The notes below the pieces were generated by a model. The model searched no databases and was not told the DNA's origin. It saw only the letters and a program-made list of their open reading frames with translations. Shown piece after piece: positions 1 through 12,650 of a DNA stretch of 64,000 nt. Numbering within the stretch: the first letter of the stretch is position 1; each line of letters opens with the position of its first letter. The DNA is taken from NCBI GenBank assembly GCA_964016885.1, contig OZ024740.1, positions 364,622,001 to 364,686,000 on the forward strand. Direction: 5' to 3'. The stretch comes from Eledone cirrhosa (lineage: Eukaryota). A program made the translations under genes and the position numbers.

Positions 1-21
1 AGTCTGCAGTCCTAATAACGG

Positions 22-235
22 TTTCTGATTTAGGCACAATGCCAACAATTTGGGGAGAAGGGGAAAGTCAATTAAATCAACCCCGTTATTTTGTTTATAC
101 TTTATTTTATCGACCTCAGAATGATTAATGGCAAAACTAACCATGGCAGGATTTGAACTCAGAATGTAAAGAACTGGAAAAAACTACTGCAAAGCATTTT
201 GTCCGATGCTATAAGGATTCTAGCAATGTCTAGTC
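22..235 (-). mobile_element. tRNA-derived SINE, family B (GCCTTTCATCC...GTCGATAAA core), degenerate
   Basis: Reverse complement has a B-box GAGTTCAAATCC, a GGTCGATAAAATAAAGTA core and a GGCATTGTGCCTAAATCAGAAAC end, matching the copies at 2170, 22715 and 25850. Confidence 0.7.
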
Positions 236-1490
236 ATAATAATAATAATAAACAAGTACCTTTGTTTTCTTCGCAGTGGATGATAGATTAGAAAAATATT
301 TCAATATTAATAGAACTTGGAACAATGTGCATGAGGGACCAGAAGTATTTCATTGTAGTAAAAACATTTTAGAAGAATATGTGCATGTCTTTGTGCATTT
401 GTGTGTATGTGTATGTTTACAGCTGTGTGTGTGTGTGTATGCATGTGTGAGTATCTGTGTATTTATGCATTTGTATGTGTGTTTGTGTGTGTGCCATGCA
501 CATGCATTTGTGTCTTCTTTACTTCTCTGTGTGTATGTGTGTGCGTGCATGTGCGTGCGTGCTAATATCTCAGAAACAGATGTTGCAATTGATGAATGTA
601 TATAATTTTTCCACCTCTGTGTGCGTGTGTGTAATGCAACAAACGAAAGCCATCCGATTGTTGAAGAATTGTTAAATGAAGTTGGCAAGTTAACAACAGA
701 TGGTCATAAATATCTCCTGTTAATATGTACATGCACATACACATACATACTTAACACACACATGTACTCATATACACACATACTCATATACATACATACT
801 CATACATAGAAACACATACACAGAAACTTACACATGCATGCACATATACACACACACATATATACATAAACACACACACACACACACTCACTCACAAAAA
901 TGTTCATACTAATACACAGGTACAAATACATACAAATATATTGGCTTTACGTAAAATAGAATCATCATCATCATCATAATGTACATTTCAATTTCCATTT
1001 ATTTTGTGGAGTTATTCCTCAGGAATCTAACAGTGAAAGACTGAAGAGCCTAAAAAGTGAACAAATTGCTGTCACTAACTGTTTGTTGATTCCTTATCAT
1101 ACTGACTAGAGTCATTTGTTGTTACATATACTGCTTTTAGTTAGATGGCCATTTGAGATAGCCTCGCTGTGTGGACACTACATCTATATAGCTCTTTCTG
1201 AAGTTAGCATATCCTAGACAACGTTGAGCAGACTATCGTGTTTTTAGCCTTGAGTAATGCAAGGGGTGTCTCATTTATATCTGACCAAACTTTAAACATG
1301 TTAAGTGAATCTGCTTAAATTGGATTTGATGATAGCTTGCAGCTTAGTGAAATCTCTTCATCTCTTCGACTTAACGCTATTTGTTTTAATTGTGCCCATT
1401 ATGCTTTAATGTCAATAGAAATAAACACAAATCATAAATTAATCTGGTGAAATTCAGCATTCGCCGTGCCTATCATTTTCTCGTTCTGTC

Positions 1491-1542
<52 letters not shown>

Positions 1543-1543
<1 letters not shown>

Positions 1544-1835
1544 ATCATCATTTCATTTTACGTCCACTTTTCCCTGCTTGCAAGGGTGGGACGGGAACTG
1601 ATTCTGGCTTGATTTCTACAGCTGGTGGTCCTTCCTAACACCAAACTCATTTACAGTGAGTGCTGGGTGCTTTTTTGCCGTGGCACCTCCACGACCACTT
1701 TGCAGTGGAATGATAGGGACCCCAGTCCCTATCATCTCATTTCTACAGCTGAGTAAACTGGAGCAACGTGAAATAAAGTGTCTTGCTCAAGGAAACAACA
1801 CATCACCCAGTCTGAGAATTGAACTCACAACCTTA
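1543..1835 (-). mobile_element. tRNA/CORE-type SINE, family A, with RTE-derived 3' tail, 5'-truncated
   Basis: Near-identical to 9381-9762 and 63201-63534. It has a B-box, a CORE-like TCCTTGAGCAAGACACTTTA...CTCAGCTGTAGAAATGAG segment, and the tail of the RTE ending at 11860. Confidence 0.85.
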
Positions 1836-1890
1836 CTACCATGACTGAACCATAACCATCTACTAAGTCAGGGTATGTCATGCATCATCT

Positions 1891-1957
1891 TATTTTATCT
1901 GATGAGGATGTACTGTTGAAGATAGCTCAGTAGCTCTGAAATATGTATAATAAAATA
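1891..1957 (+). ncRNA. Type I hammerhead ribozyme motif (family H1)
   Basis: TATTTTAT-CTGATGA-imperfect stem II-GAAA-TATGTA-TA-ATAAAATA, with an 8-bp stem I. The cassette 1868-2005 is homologous to 30177-30296. Confidence 0.75.
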
Positions 1958-2091
1958 TACTTGATCACACGAATGTCTATTTTTGTTAATATTTTGAATT
2001 AATATTATATATATATATATATATATAATATCATCGTCATCATTATTCAACATCCATCTTCCACGCTAGCATGGATGTGTGTGTGTGCGTG

Positions 2092-2129
<38 letters not shown>

Positions 2130-2169
2130 TATACACAATAAATTTCATTATTATAGGGGGTCAGACGCC

Positions 2170-2320
2170 ATGCTTTCCAGCATAGTTACGTCCCTTAACA
2201 ATCTGAGTTCAAATCCCGCCGATGTTGACTTTGCCTTTCATCCTTATGGGGTTGATAAAATAAAGTACCAGTAATGCACTGGGTAATTTCTGGCCTTGTG
2301 CCAAAAGTAGAAACAATTAT
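2170..2320 (+). mobile_element. SINE family B, partial
   Basis: GAGTTCAAATCCCGCC...GCCTTTCATCCTTATGGGGTTGATAAAATAAAGTACCAG...GTAGAAACAATTATT. Confidence 0.8.
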
Positions 2321-2544
2321 TATATATATAATTATAAAAGAAAAATCAAGAAGTGAAAACAACAAAGCAGTACAATACAATGCACACACACACACACATA
2401 TTCAACTTAGGAAAGTTGGTTGATAAGATAATCCACCGACTTTGGTCGTAAACAGATGTAAAGCACTCTACGACTTGTATTCCTTTAAGTATCAACCAGA
2501 GTGTCGATATTATAAAGAAGAAAGACTGTTTTAAACGTACATCC

Positions 2545-3370
2545 TCTGTTTATTATATAATGTACAGTTACTACTAGCTACAAAACATATAATTACATCA
2601 GAGTAACACCAACTAATTTTAAAGATAGATAATACAGTCATTGCCACTCTTTTAACTGGATAGATAAAAGATGAAGCACAGCACTATCTGAACTCATATG
2701 GAGGCTAAAACAGAACTGTACAATACTCGTTGCCTTGGTGCACACTCGCAAAAGCATTTCCATATGTAAGTGAATCTCTTTTGCATGGCTGCGACCTTTG
2801 CACAACTGAAACTCTACACATTATTAATAGGAGACACCAGGTAATTTACAAATGCTCTGACCTATTTAATCCATGTATTCATAAAATATCTAAACCTTTC
2901 TTGAAGTTATATAGTTAGCATACTCTGTAGACATTAACCTCCACCTACACTTGAACATAATCGCTAAAACTAAAAATTTAGTGCCTCATTATATAGTTAC
3001 AAATGCATCTCCTTCTCTAATAACACATAACCCGGAAATATGAATACTTAGCCTTAAGATATAAACAAATAAATAAGTAAATTATTTGAACCAATTCTTT
3101 GACATATATGAACTGACCCCTCTGTAATTTGATACCTTAACCTTCTTACCATCCCAAGAATTTCAGCAAGAATAGCATCTCCCACATCCTGTCAGTCTAC
3201 TATAATAGCCATCCAAATTATATGACTACTAAAGTAGACTGCTACCACAATTTTGCACCTGACTGAAGAGAACATGTCAAAGGGTTATTATGCAATCACC
3301 TTGACATCTCCAAAATACATATAACAGGATTATATGATAAACTGATGATGTACATTTAAAACCGTCTCTC
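2545..3370 (+). pseudogene. Decayed Penelope-like element 3' end: GIY-YIG endonuclease remnant plus 3' hammerhead
   Basis: Hand translation gives KTYNYIRVT-TNFKDR*YSHCHSF-STALSELIWRLK, then (ORF 2730-2918) W..LAKAFPY...CDLCTTETLHII...CIHK..FL. This follows the PLE endonuclease pattern YIG.T/FK.R..H..SF/T.LS..IW.LK/C.LC..E/C.H. A degenerate hammerhead follows at 3258-3328. Confidence 0.7.
3258..3328 (+). ncRNA. Degenerate type I hammerhead downstream of the PLE endonuclease remnant
   Basis: CCTGA-CTGAAGA-(ATGTCAA...TTGACAT stem II)-CAAAA (GAAA decayed)-TACATA-TA-ACAGG. Confidence 0.6.
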
Positions 3371-3466
3371 TTCTTTATAATATATATATATATATTTGTA
3401 AAAGAAAAATCAACAAGTAAAAATACTCCTGTACATACATACACACATTGTCTGTGTATATATATA

Positions 3467-4682
3467 TCATCATCATCATCATCATCATCACCGTTTTACG
3501 TCCGTTCTTCCACGCTAGCATGGGTTAGACGGGTTGTCCTGTTGTGGGCAGTGTCTGGTCGGCTGACCATGCCTTGCTCATACAGGAACTGATCTGGCTT
3601 GATTTCTACAGCTGGATGCCCTTCCTAACACCAACCTCATTTACAGTGAGTGCTGGGTGCTTTTTCGTGGCGCCTACACGTCCACTTTACAGTGTGGGCT
3701 GGGTGCTTTTTTGCCGTGGCACCTCCACGACCACCTTGCAGTGGGAGGGTGTGGGGGCATATTGTCTATATGCTTCAGCTTGTACCCATGGGAGGTCAGG
3801 TACTCTGTATTACTGCGTGACGCCAGAAGTCACGGTCGTGTGTCATTGACTTTGAGAGGTGTAGTTGGGTAAGGTCGGCTTTTATCACCTCATCCCAAGT
3901 CATCTTGGGTCTCCCCACTCCGCGGTTTCCATCAACTTCTAGTGCTCTGCACCTTTTTATGCAGCTGTCATCCTTCATACGCATCACATGTCCATACCAG
4001 CGTAACCGCCTCTCCTGCACGCAGCATTTGATTCCTCTTATGCTCAGTCTCTCTCTCAATTCATTTATGCTTTGTCGTTCACGTATATTACTGTTACACA
4101 TCCATCGGAGCATGCAGGCTTCGTTTCTCTCTAATCTACGTAAGTCTTCCACCTTCAGCGCCCAGGTCTCACTACCATGCAACATCGCTGTTCGGATACA
4201 CGCATCATACAGTCTGCCTTTCATTCTGAGGGAGAAGCCTTTTGCAGCTAGCAGTGGTAGTAGTTCCCTAAACTTCTTCCATCCCGTTCTTACCCTAGTT
4301 ATTGTACTTTCTGAGCACCCACCTCCGTTGCTAATTCGGTCACCTAGGTAGCAGAAGCTGTCTACTGTTTCTACAGGGCCCTCCCAGAGATTGGTGGTAC
4401 TTGTTTCCTGTGGCTGTTTGCTTGCTGTTTCAGCACAGCTGCTGCATGTGAATCCTACATTCTTAATTAAGCTTCCTGAGATCCCGCTACATCTCTTGTG
4501 TACCCATTGTTTGCATTTGGGGCAAAGAATGGAGTTCCTACCTACACCTTTCCTACATACTGAGCAAGGCCATTTCCCTGAGGGGATCTGGGTTCTGTTT
4601 TCTCGTCTACTTATAAGGACCTTAGTCTTTGTCATGTTGACTTTGAGGCCCTTTCTCTCTAGTCCCTGCTTCCAGGTTTGGA
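3467..4682 (-). mobile_element. RTE-clade LINE, family A, 5'-truncated (RT C-terminus, 3'UTR, (GAT)n tail)
   Basis: ORF 3796-4635 contains TKTKV, VDSFCYLG, LHGSETW, RRLRWYGHV and GRPKMTW motifs. Highly similar to 5916-7135. Confidence 0.95.
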
Positions 4683-4729
4683 TGTATGATTTATTTTATA
4701 TATATATATATATGTATGGATGTATGATT

Positions 4730-4761
<32 letters not shown>

Positions 4762-4787
4762 TCATTTATATTAACGTTAAAAAGTGA

Positions 4788-4831
4788 GTCTTGTTACTCT
4801 GGAGTTTCACCTGTTTATCACAGGGTCATCA
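4788..4831 (-). ncRNA. 5'-truncated hammerhead fragment (family H5)
   Basis: Reverse complement (A)TGATGA-CCCTGTGATAAACAGGT-GAAA-CTCCAGAG-TA-ACAAGAC. Homologous to 57835-57887. Confidence 0.5.
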
Positions 4832-4849
4832 TATATATATATATATATA

Positions 4850-4922
4850 TGTCCAAAAAATGTATACACATTTCAACAGCATCCTAATATAAGTATATAT
4901 ATATTTTTTGGGGACACCCTGT
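4850..4922. mobile_element. Tc1/mariner-like MITE remnant
   Basis: GTCCAAAAAA...TTTTTTGGGGACACCCTG followed by TA. Related to 13412-13512. Confidence 0.5.
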
Positions 4923-5127
4923 ATATATATTTATGAAAGAAAAATCGAGGAAAAACAGCACAGGATTACAACACAATGCAATGATGGTATATTAGTTTAA
5001 GGCTTGATATATTTGGAAAATATTTGTTTCTACTTTAGGCACAAGGCCAGCAAAATACCCAGTTCATTACTGGTTCTTTATTTTATCGACCCCGTAAGGA
5101 TGAAAGGCAAAGTCATGGAAGATATTA

Positions 5128-5345
5128 TTAACCCTTTAGCATTTAAACCGGCCATATCCAGCCAGAGTTCTCTCACCTTTTTCTGTTCAAACCAGCTGTA
5201 ACCAGCCACTCATACTGATGTTACCAAAATAAATAATAGCAAAATCTCATAGATTCGATATTGTGTGAGATAATTATGTGAAGTAAAGCCTTTACTATGA
5301 AAATACAATAGTACATATAGAGTAATGTAAATGCTATAGGGTTAA
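5128..5345. mobile_element. TTAA-flanked MITE (piggyBac-like termini)
   Basis: TTAA-CCCTTTAGCATTTA...TAAATGCTATAGGG-TTAA. Same family at 16931, 22072 and 61751. Confidence 0.8.
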
Positions 5346-5915
5346 TGTTCTGGATGCTAGTCTTTCATCTCAAGGTAGGAAAAGTGAAAGAGAGATTATG
5401 ATTGGGAAAGATAAGAAAAAAAACGAAGATAAACAAGAGTGCAAAAAGAAAATGCAGAAAATAGTACGTAGGAGAGAAAGCATGTGTTGTAAGGGCGAGA
5501 GGGAGAAGGCATGTGTTGTAAGAGTGAGAGAGTAATTTGGCTGTACAAATGGGGGGAAAGAAAACTCAATATATGGGTAGATAGATGTATGATTTATTTT
5601 ATAGTTGCAAAGTTATACCAGTGACTCAATGGCCTAGATTTTGATGTTTAATGCACTTTTCATGCTAGTTTTAAAAAGTGCATTAAGCACCACACTCATT
5701 ATCCTCGTGGATAGCTTTGCTGCTATAATAAAGTTTTATTTATATATATATAGTCTGTGCTGCTTATTTTACATACCACCCCCTTTCTCTCTATCTATCC
5801 ATATATATATATGTGTGTGTGTGTGTATATGTATGTATATATGTATATATGTATGTGTGTGTGTATGTATGTATATATATATATATGTATATGTGTGTGT
5901 GTATATGTATGTATA

Positions 5916-8900
5916 TCATCATCATCATCATCATCACCGTTTTACGTCCGTTCTTCCACGCTAGCATGGGTTAGACCGGTTATCCTGTTGTGGGCAGTGT
6001 CTGGTTGGCTGACCATGCCTTGCTCATACAGGAACTGATTCTGGCTTGATTTCTACAGCTGGATGCCCTTCCTAACGCCAACCTCATTTACAGTGAGTGC
6101 TGGGTGCTTTTTCGTGGCGCCTACACGTCCACTTTACAGTGTGGACTGGGTGCTTTTTTGCCGTGGTCCCTCCACGACCACCTTCCAGTGGGGGGTGTGG
6201 GGGCATATTGTCTATATGCTTCAGCTTGTACCCATGGGAGGTCAGGTACTCTGTATTACTGTGTGACGCCAGAGGTCACGGTCGTGTATCATCGCCTTTG
6301 AGAGGTATAATTGGGTAAGGTCGGCTTTTATCACCTCATCCCAGGTCTTCTTGGGTCTCCCCACTCCGCGGTTTCCATCGACTTCTAGTGCTCTGCACCT
6401 TTTTATGCAGCTGTCATCCTTCATACGCATCACATGTCCATACCAGCGCAACCGCCTCTCCTGCACACAGCATTTGATTCCTCTTATGCTCAGTCTCTCT
6501 CTCAATTCATTTATGCTTTGTCGTTCGCGTATATTACTGTTACACATCGATCGGAGCATGCAGGCTTCATTTCTCTCTAATCTACGTAAGTCTTCCACCT
6601 TCAGCGCCCAGGTCTCACTGCCATGTAACATTGCTGTTCGGATACACGCATCATACAGTCTGCCTTTCATTTTGAGGGAGAAGCCTTTTGCAGCTAGCAG
6701 TGGCAGTAGTTCCCTAAACTTCTTCCATCCCGTTCTTACCCTAGTTATTGTACTTTCTGAACACCCACCTCCGCTGCTAATTTGGTCACCTAGGTAGCAG
6801 AAGATGTCTACTGTTTTTCTACAGAGCCCTCCCAGAGATTGGTGGTACTTGTTTCCTGTGGCTGTTTGCTGCTTGCTGTCCCAGTACAGCTGCTGCATGT
6901 GAAGCCTACATTCTTCATTAAGCTTCCTGAGATCCCGCTACATCTCTTGTGTACCCATTGTTTGCATTTGGGGCAGAGAATGGAGTTCCTACCTACACCT
7001 TTCCTACATACTGAGCAAGGCCATTTCCCTGAGGGGATCTAGGTTCTGTCTTCTCGTCTACTTACAAGGACCTTAGTCTTTGTCATGTTGACTTTGAGAC
7101 CCTTTCTTTCTAGTCCCTGCTTCCAAGTTTGGAATTTCTTCTCTAGTTCTACAATAGATTCAGCTATAAGTGCGAGGTCATCAACATACAGGAGTTCCCA
7201 TGGGCATCCAGTCTTAAACTCCTCCGTTATTGCCTGCAGGACTATGATGGACAGGAGGGGGCTAAGAACAGAGCCCTGGTGGACCCCAACCTGTACGCTA
7301 AATTCCTCGCTATACTCATTGCTAATCCTAACTTTGCTGACTGCTCCCCTATACATGGCTTGTACAGCTTTCACAAGCCATTCATCTACTCCTAGTTTTC
7401 TAAGAGCCCACCAGATTACAGCACATGGAACTCTGTCAAAGGCTTTCTCAAGATCGACGAATGCCAGGTAGAATGGCTTACTTTTAGTTAGGTACTTTTC
7501 CTGTAACTGCCTCACAAGGAAGAGGGCATCAGTGGTGCCTCTTCCTGGTACAAACCCAAATTGCATCTCATCTAGTTTCACCCGGTCCCTAATAAACTGT
7601 GCTATAACTCTTTCTGTTACTTTCATGACCTGGTCCATCAGCTTTATACCTCTATAGTTCCCTCTATCGAGTGCATCACCTTTACCTTTGTAGCAGTTGA
7701 CAATGATGCTACTGCACTAATCTTTTGGTATGACACCTTCTAGTATTACCTGGTTAACAATACGTGTGGTTATAGTGTGACCTACAGACCCAGATGCCTT
7801 CAGCATCTCGGCAGCTATACCCGATGGACCGGTTGCCTTCCCCATCTTCATATCTTTGATTGCCTTACTTACTACGCTGCTGCTGGCTGTACTGCTGGCC
7901 CCTCTATAGGGTCTACTTGCGGTAGGGTCTCTTCTTCCCATGTATTCTCCTCATTTAGTAATCTATCATAATGACTCTTCCATGCATCTTTATTCTCAGC
8001 ACTTGTGAGGGCAAGCTCACCTTTATCATTCCGGATACACTTCTCTCCAATGACATCACAATTCTCTCTGACATACTGCCTCGCAATCTTGAACACCTCC
8101 TGTTTCTGGTCCTCACGTTGCAAAACATGCTTGAATTTTCTATCCTCTGCTTCCCTCCTAGCTAAGTATACTTGTCGCCTAGCTTCCCTCTTGGTCTCTA
8201 TGTAATGAACCCTGCTCCCCCCGTTCTTCCATTCTTTCCATGCCTGTCTCTTGGCCTTAACTGCCTCATCTACCTTATTGTTCCACCACCTATTCACTCT
8301 CCTCCTGCTTGTGGTCTTACTCCAGCCACAGACCTCATCTGTCGCCTCTAGTAAGTTATTTTTTAGGAACTCCCAGTGCTCTTCTACATTGAATGTCTCT
8401 ATCTGTTCTTCTTTACTGTCGTAGGCGTTGAGTAAAATATCTCTAAATCTGTTACTGGGTCTTTCAGCTTCCAGATCTTTCTTCTCCAGGTTGGCCTCTG
8501 TTTCCAGGTTTGTCTAGTTCTGACTGTGAGGTCGCTGACAACTAAGCTATGTTGGGATGTACATTCCTCACTAGGGAAGGCTTTTGGGTTTACGACCGTC
8601 CATCTGTCACGTCCTCTAATGAGGATAAAATCTATGACTAGAATGCTCCCCTGATCTATAGGTGATCAGTTGGTTGTCAGGTGTTTTGAAGTTTGTGTTA
8701 CATATCGACATGTCATTGGCGTCGCAGAATTCTAGAAGTCTGAATCTTTCCTCATTTCTTGTGCCAACCCCATGGCCTCCATGGACTCTATTGAAGCCGT
8801 CGCAGTGTTTACCTATGTGTCCGTTAAAATCTCCTGCGATGATTAGGAAGTCATTGTCGTCTGTTAGAGCACTAGTGTGCATTAGGGCCTCGTAAAACCT

Positions 8901-9000
8901 ATCCTTAAGTTTGTCTGGCAACCCCGATTGGGGTGCGTAAGCTGATATTATTGTGGTAATTGTTTTATTCAGGACTAGCCTGAGTTTAATGATTCTTGCA
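5916..9000 (-). mobile_element. RTE-clade LINE, family A, ~3.1 kb, APE endonuclease plus RT, disrupted and 5'-truncated
   Basis: APE motifs SAYAPQ and IIAGDFNGHIG (8616-8960). RT motifs QFGF.PGRGT, FVDLEKAFDRV, GVHQGSVLSP and LLYVDD (7039-7638). Several stops/frameshifts and a (GAT)n tail. Confidence 0.95.
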
Positions 9001-9107
9001 TATATGTGTGTATATATATATAAATATATATATATATATGTATGTATGTATGTATATATATATATATATATATAAATTAAAATGAAGAATTAGAAATAGA
9101 ACTATCC

Positions 9108-9191
<84 letters not shown>

Positions 9192-9380
9192 ATATATATA
9201 TCTATATGTATGTATATATATATATCTATATGTATGTATATATGTGTGTATGTACAATATATATATATATATATGTGTGTGTGTGTATATATATATATCT
9301 ATATGTATGTTAATATGTATATATATGTGTATATATATATATATGTATGTATATATATATGTGTGTGTATATATATATAT
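9001..9380. repeat. Compound (TA)n/(TG)n microsatellite
   Basis: Directly visible dinucleotide runs. Confidence 0.95.
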
Positions 9381-9762
9381 ATCATCATCATCATACGTCC
9401 ACTTTTCCCTGCTTGCAAGGGTGGGACGGGAACTGATTCTGGCTTGATTTCTACAGCTGGATGCCCTTCCTAACACCAACCTCATTTACAGTGAGTGGTG
9501 GGTGCTTTTTTTCTGTGGCACCCACACGTCCACTTTACAGTGTGGGCTGGGTCCTTTTTTACCGTGGCACCTCCACGACCACTTTGCAGTGGAATGATAG
9601 GGACCCCAGTTCCTATCATCTCATTTTTACAGCTGAGTAAACTGGAGCAACGTGAGATAAAGTGTCTTGCTCAAGGAAACAACACATCTCTTGGTCTGAG
9701 AATTGAACTCACAACCTTTCGATTGCAAGGCCAATGCTCTAACCACTAAGCCATGTGCCTCC
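9381..9762 (-). mobile_element. Full-length SINE, family A
   Basis: Reverse complement starts GGAGGCACATGGCTTAGTGGTTAGAGC (A box), then GAGTTCAATTC (B box), a CORE-like segment, two 48-bp internal units, an RTE tail and (GAT)n. Confidence 0.9.
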
Positions 9763-9974
9763 ATGTATATATATATGTATGTATATATATATATATATAT
9801 GTGTGTGTATATATATATGTGTATATATTTATATATCATCATCATCATCATCATATATATATAGTAATAATAATAAATTTGAAGACTAAAATCCAAAGAG
9901 GGCTCGATAAGGATAAATATATATCAAATATATAAGAACCGTAGAGCAAATATATATATATATATATATATAAA

Positions 9975-10273
9975 ATAGACAATATGCCCCCCCCCCCACC
10001 ACCACCACCACAAGATGGTCGTGGAGGTGCCACGGCAAAAAAGCACCCAGCCCACACTGTAAAGTGGACGTGTAGGCGCCACGAAAAAGCACCCAGCACT
10101 CACTGTAAATGAGGTTGGTGTTAGGAAGTGCATCCAGCTGTAGAAATCAAGCCAGATCAGTTCCAGTATGAACAAGGCATGGTCAGCCGACCAGACACTG
10201 CCCACAACAGGACAACCCGTCTAACCCATGCTAGCGTGGAAGAACGGACGTAAAACGGTGATGATGATGATGA
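9975..10273 (+). mobile_element. RTE family A 3'UTR-only insertion
   Basis: Reverse complement of 3467-3770, ending in (GAT)n, in a (TA)n context. Confidence 0.9.
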
Positions 10274-10428
10274 TATATATATATATATATATATGGATAT
10301 ATAAATGTGTATATATATATATATGTATATATGTATATATAAATGTATATATATATATATATGTATATATATATGTATATATAAATGCGTATATATATAT
10401 ATATATAGATATACACATTTATATATAC

Positions 10429-10461
<33 letters not shown>

Positions 10462-10465
10462 CATT

Positions 10466-10514
<49 letters not shown>

Positions 10515-10557
10515 TTATATATACATATATATATATACACATATATATATACACATT

Positions 10558-10593
<36 letters not shown>

Positions 10594-10614
10594 GATATAG
10601 ATATATACATATAT
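10274..10614. repeat. (TA)n-based microsatellite
   Basis: Directly visible. Confidence 0.95.
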
Positions 10615-11860
10615 AGGCCTTTGATAGGGTACTCCGATCTGTCATCTGGTGGTCCCTAAAGAAGCTAGGTGTTGAGGAATGGCTTATGAGGACAGTGCAA
10701 ACTTTGTACAGAGGTGCTGTCAGTAAAGTGAGGGTAGGCATGGAGTTTAGTGAGGAATTCCAGATACAAGTAACAGTACATCAAGGTTCGGTCCTCAACC
10801 AGCTCTTGTTCATCATAGTCCTCCCAGCCATAACAGAGGAGTTTAAGACTGGCTGCTCATGGGAACTTCTCTATGCTGACGATCTGGTTCTTATAGCAGA
10901 ATCAGTAGAGGAGCTAGAGAAAAAATTCTGGCTATGGAAACAGCAGTTGGAATCAACAGGACTGAGAGTGAACTTAGCTAAGACAAAAGTGTTGATGAGT
11001 AGAAAAGAGGACAAAACTCTGATTCCGTCAGGGAAATGGCCATGTTCGATATGCAGAAAAGGAACTGGCATAAGTTCTATAAAATGCACACAATGCGATC
11101 CTGAGTACACAAGAGATGTAGTGGGATAGCAGGCAAACTAACAGGTAGGGAGAAATACCTATGCAGTAGATGTACATGGAAATTAGACAGTAGAAGTCGC
11201 ATTGATAGACACATTTTTCAAGTGCAGGTGGGTGCTATAGAAGTGGTTGATAGCTTCCGTTACATGGGAGATCAGATTAGCATGGGAGGGGGGTGTTCCG
11301 AGGCCATAGTATCTAGAATAAGGACAGGTTGAAAGACGTGTAGGGAGCTGCTTCCTCTGCTGACGAAGACGGGTTTCTCCCTGTGTACGAAAGGCCGGTT
11401 GTATGATGCCTGTGTGAGGAGCGCGATGCTGCATGGTAGTGAGACATGAGCAGTAACTGCAGAGGATATGCAATGGCTGGAGAGAAATGATGCAAACATG
11501 CTCCGTTGGATGTGCAATGTCAATGTGTGTGAACAACCGAGCATGGATGTGTTGAGAGAGAAACTGTGTTTAAGAGGGATAGATTGTAGTGTCCGCAAGA
11601 GGAGACTGCAATGGTATGGACATGTGATGCGCATGGAGGATGACCGATGGGTGAAAAAGTGCCAGGAAATGCCAGTTGAAGGAAGACGTTGTAGAGGTAG
11701 ACTACGAAAAACATGGGCGGAGGTGGTGAGAGCAGACCTCAGACCGCTGAGTCTCACGGCGGAGATGAGGGAGGAGCGTAACAAGTGGAGAGATGCAGTG
11801 CTGAATAGGACCCGTCCAACCTTGCAAGCAGGGAAAAGCGGACGTAAAATGATGATGATG
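10615..11860 (+). mobile_element. RTE-clade LINE, family B, 5'-truncated and disrupted
   Basis: AFDRV, VHQGSVL, LLYADD, KTKVL, GKWPCSIC, RRLQWYGHV. It ends CTTGCAAGCAGGGAAAAGCGGACGTAAAAT(GAT)n with no long 3'UTR. Confidence 0.92.
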
Positions 11861-11887
11861 ATATATATATATGTATGTATATATATT

Positions 11888-11958
11888 GAGTTTCAGAAGA
11901 TCCCGTTAAGGGTGGAAGCAGTGATTCTTCGCTTAAACTTTAATCTGTTATTTTAATA
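11888..11958 (+). ncRNA. Hammerhead-like motif, CAGANGA variant (family H2), probably inactive
   Basis: GAGTTT-CAGAAGA-TCCCGTTAAGGGT-GGAA-GCAG...CGC-TT-AAACTT, with GAAA changed to GGAA. Homologous to 52454 and 63839. Confidence 0.5.
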
Positions 11959-12428
11959 TATATATAGTAACAGGCTGCTGAATTTGCCTTCATAAAATAC
12001 TACATCTTTCAATGGTATTGAGGACTTTTTCTCCTGCACACACCTATTGGTTTTGAAGAATTCTTAAAATAGTGATACACACAGCAAATGTACATATGTG
12101 TGTGTGTGTACTCGCACACATACATATACACATTTGTATATATGTATGTGCGTGTTCCTGTTTTTAGAATAGGTGCACTTTATCCTTGCATGTAGTGAAA
12201 GGTGACTTTAGGTCAGTATAGAAAAGTAAAATAGATGTAAAAACGATGAAGATGATGATGATTATACTCCTCTCTTATGGGTAGATATATATCTACATTA
12301 GTACTGCACTTGGGGCACCTCTTTGAACAGATTTAGTCAAACATATGAATCCCAACAGATTCACGTATGTAGTATGTGTGTGTGTGTGTAATATATACTT
12401 GTATGTATGTATATATATCTATATACAT

Positions 12429-12467
<39 letters not shown>

Positions 12468-12482
12468 AAAAAAAAAAAAATT

Positions 12483-12523
12483 AAAAAAAGTAGGTATACA
12501 TCTTTCGGTGATACCCTGTGTGT

Positions 12524-12616
<93 letters not shown>

Positions 12617-12650
12617 GGGTATCACCGAAAGATGTATACCTACTTTTTTT
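12483..12650. repeat. Perfect ~40-bp inverted repeat around a (TA)n tract
   Basis: AGTAGGTATACATCTTTCGGTGATACCCTGTGTG / CACACAGGGTATCACCGAAAGATGTATACCTACT. Confidence 0.9.

Noticed and set aside
259-745. Host coding exons near the window start
   Set aside because: Splice-like sites exist on both strands, but the peptides are unrecognisable and interleaved with (TG)n. This cannot be supported without transcripts.
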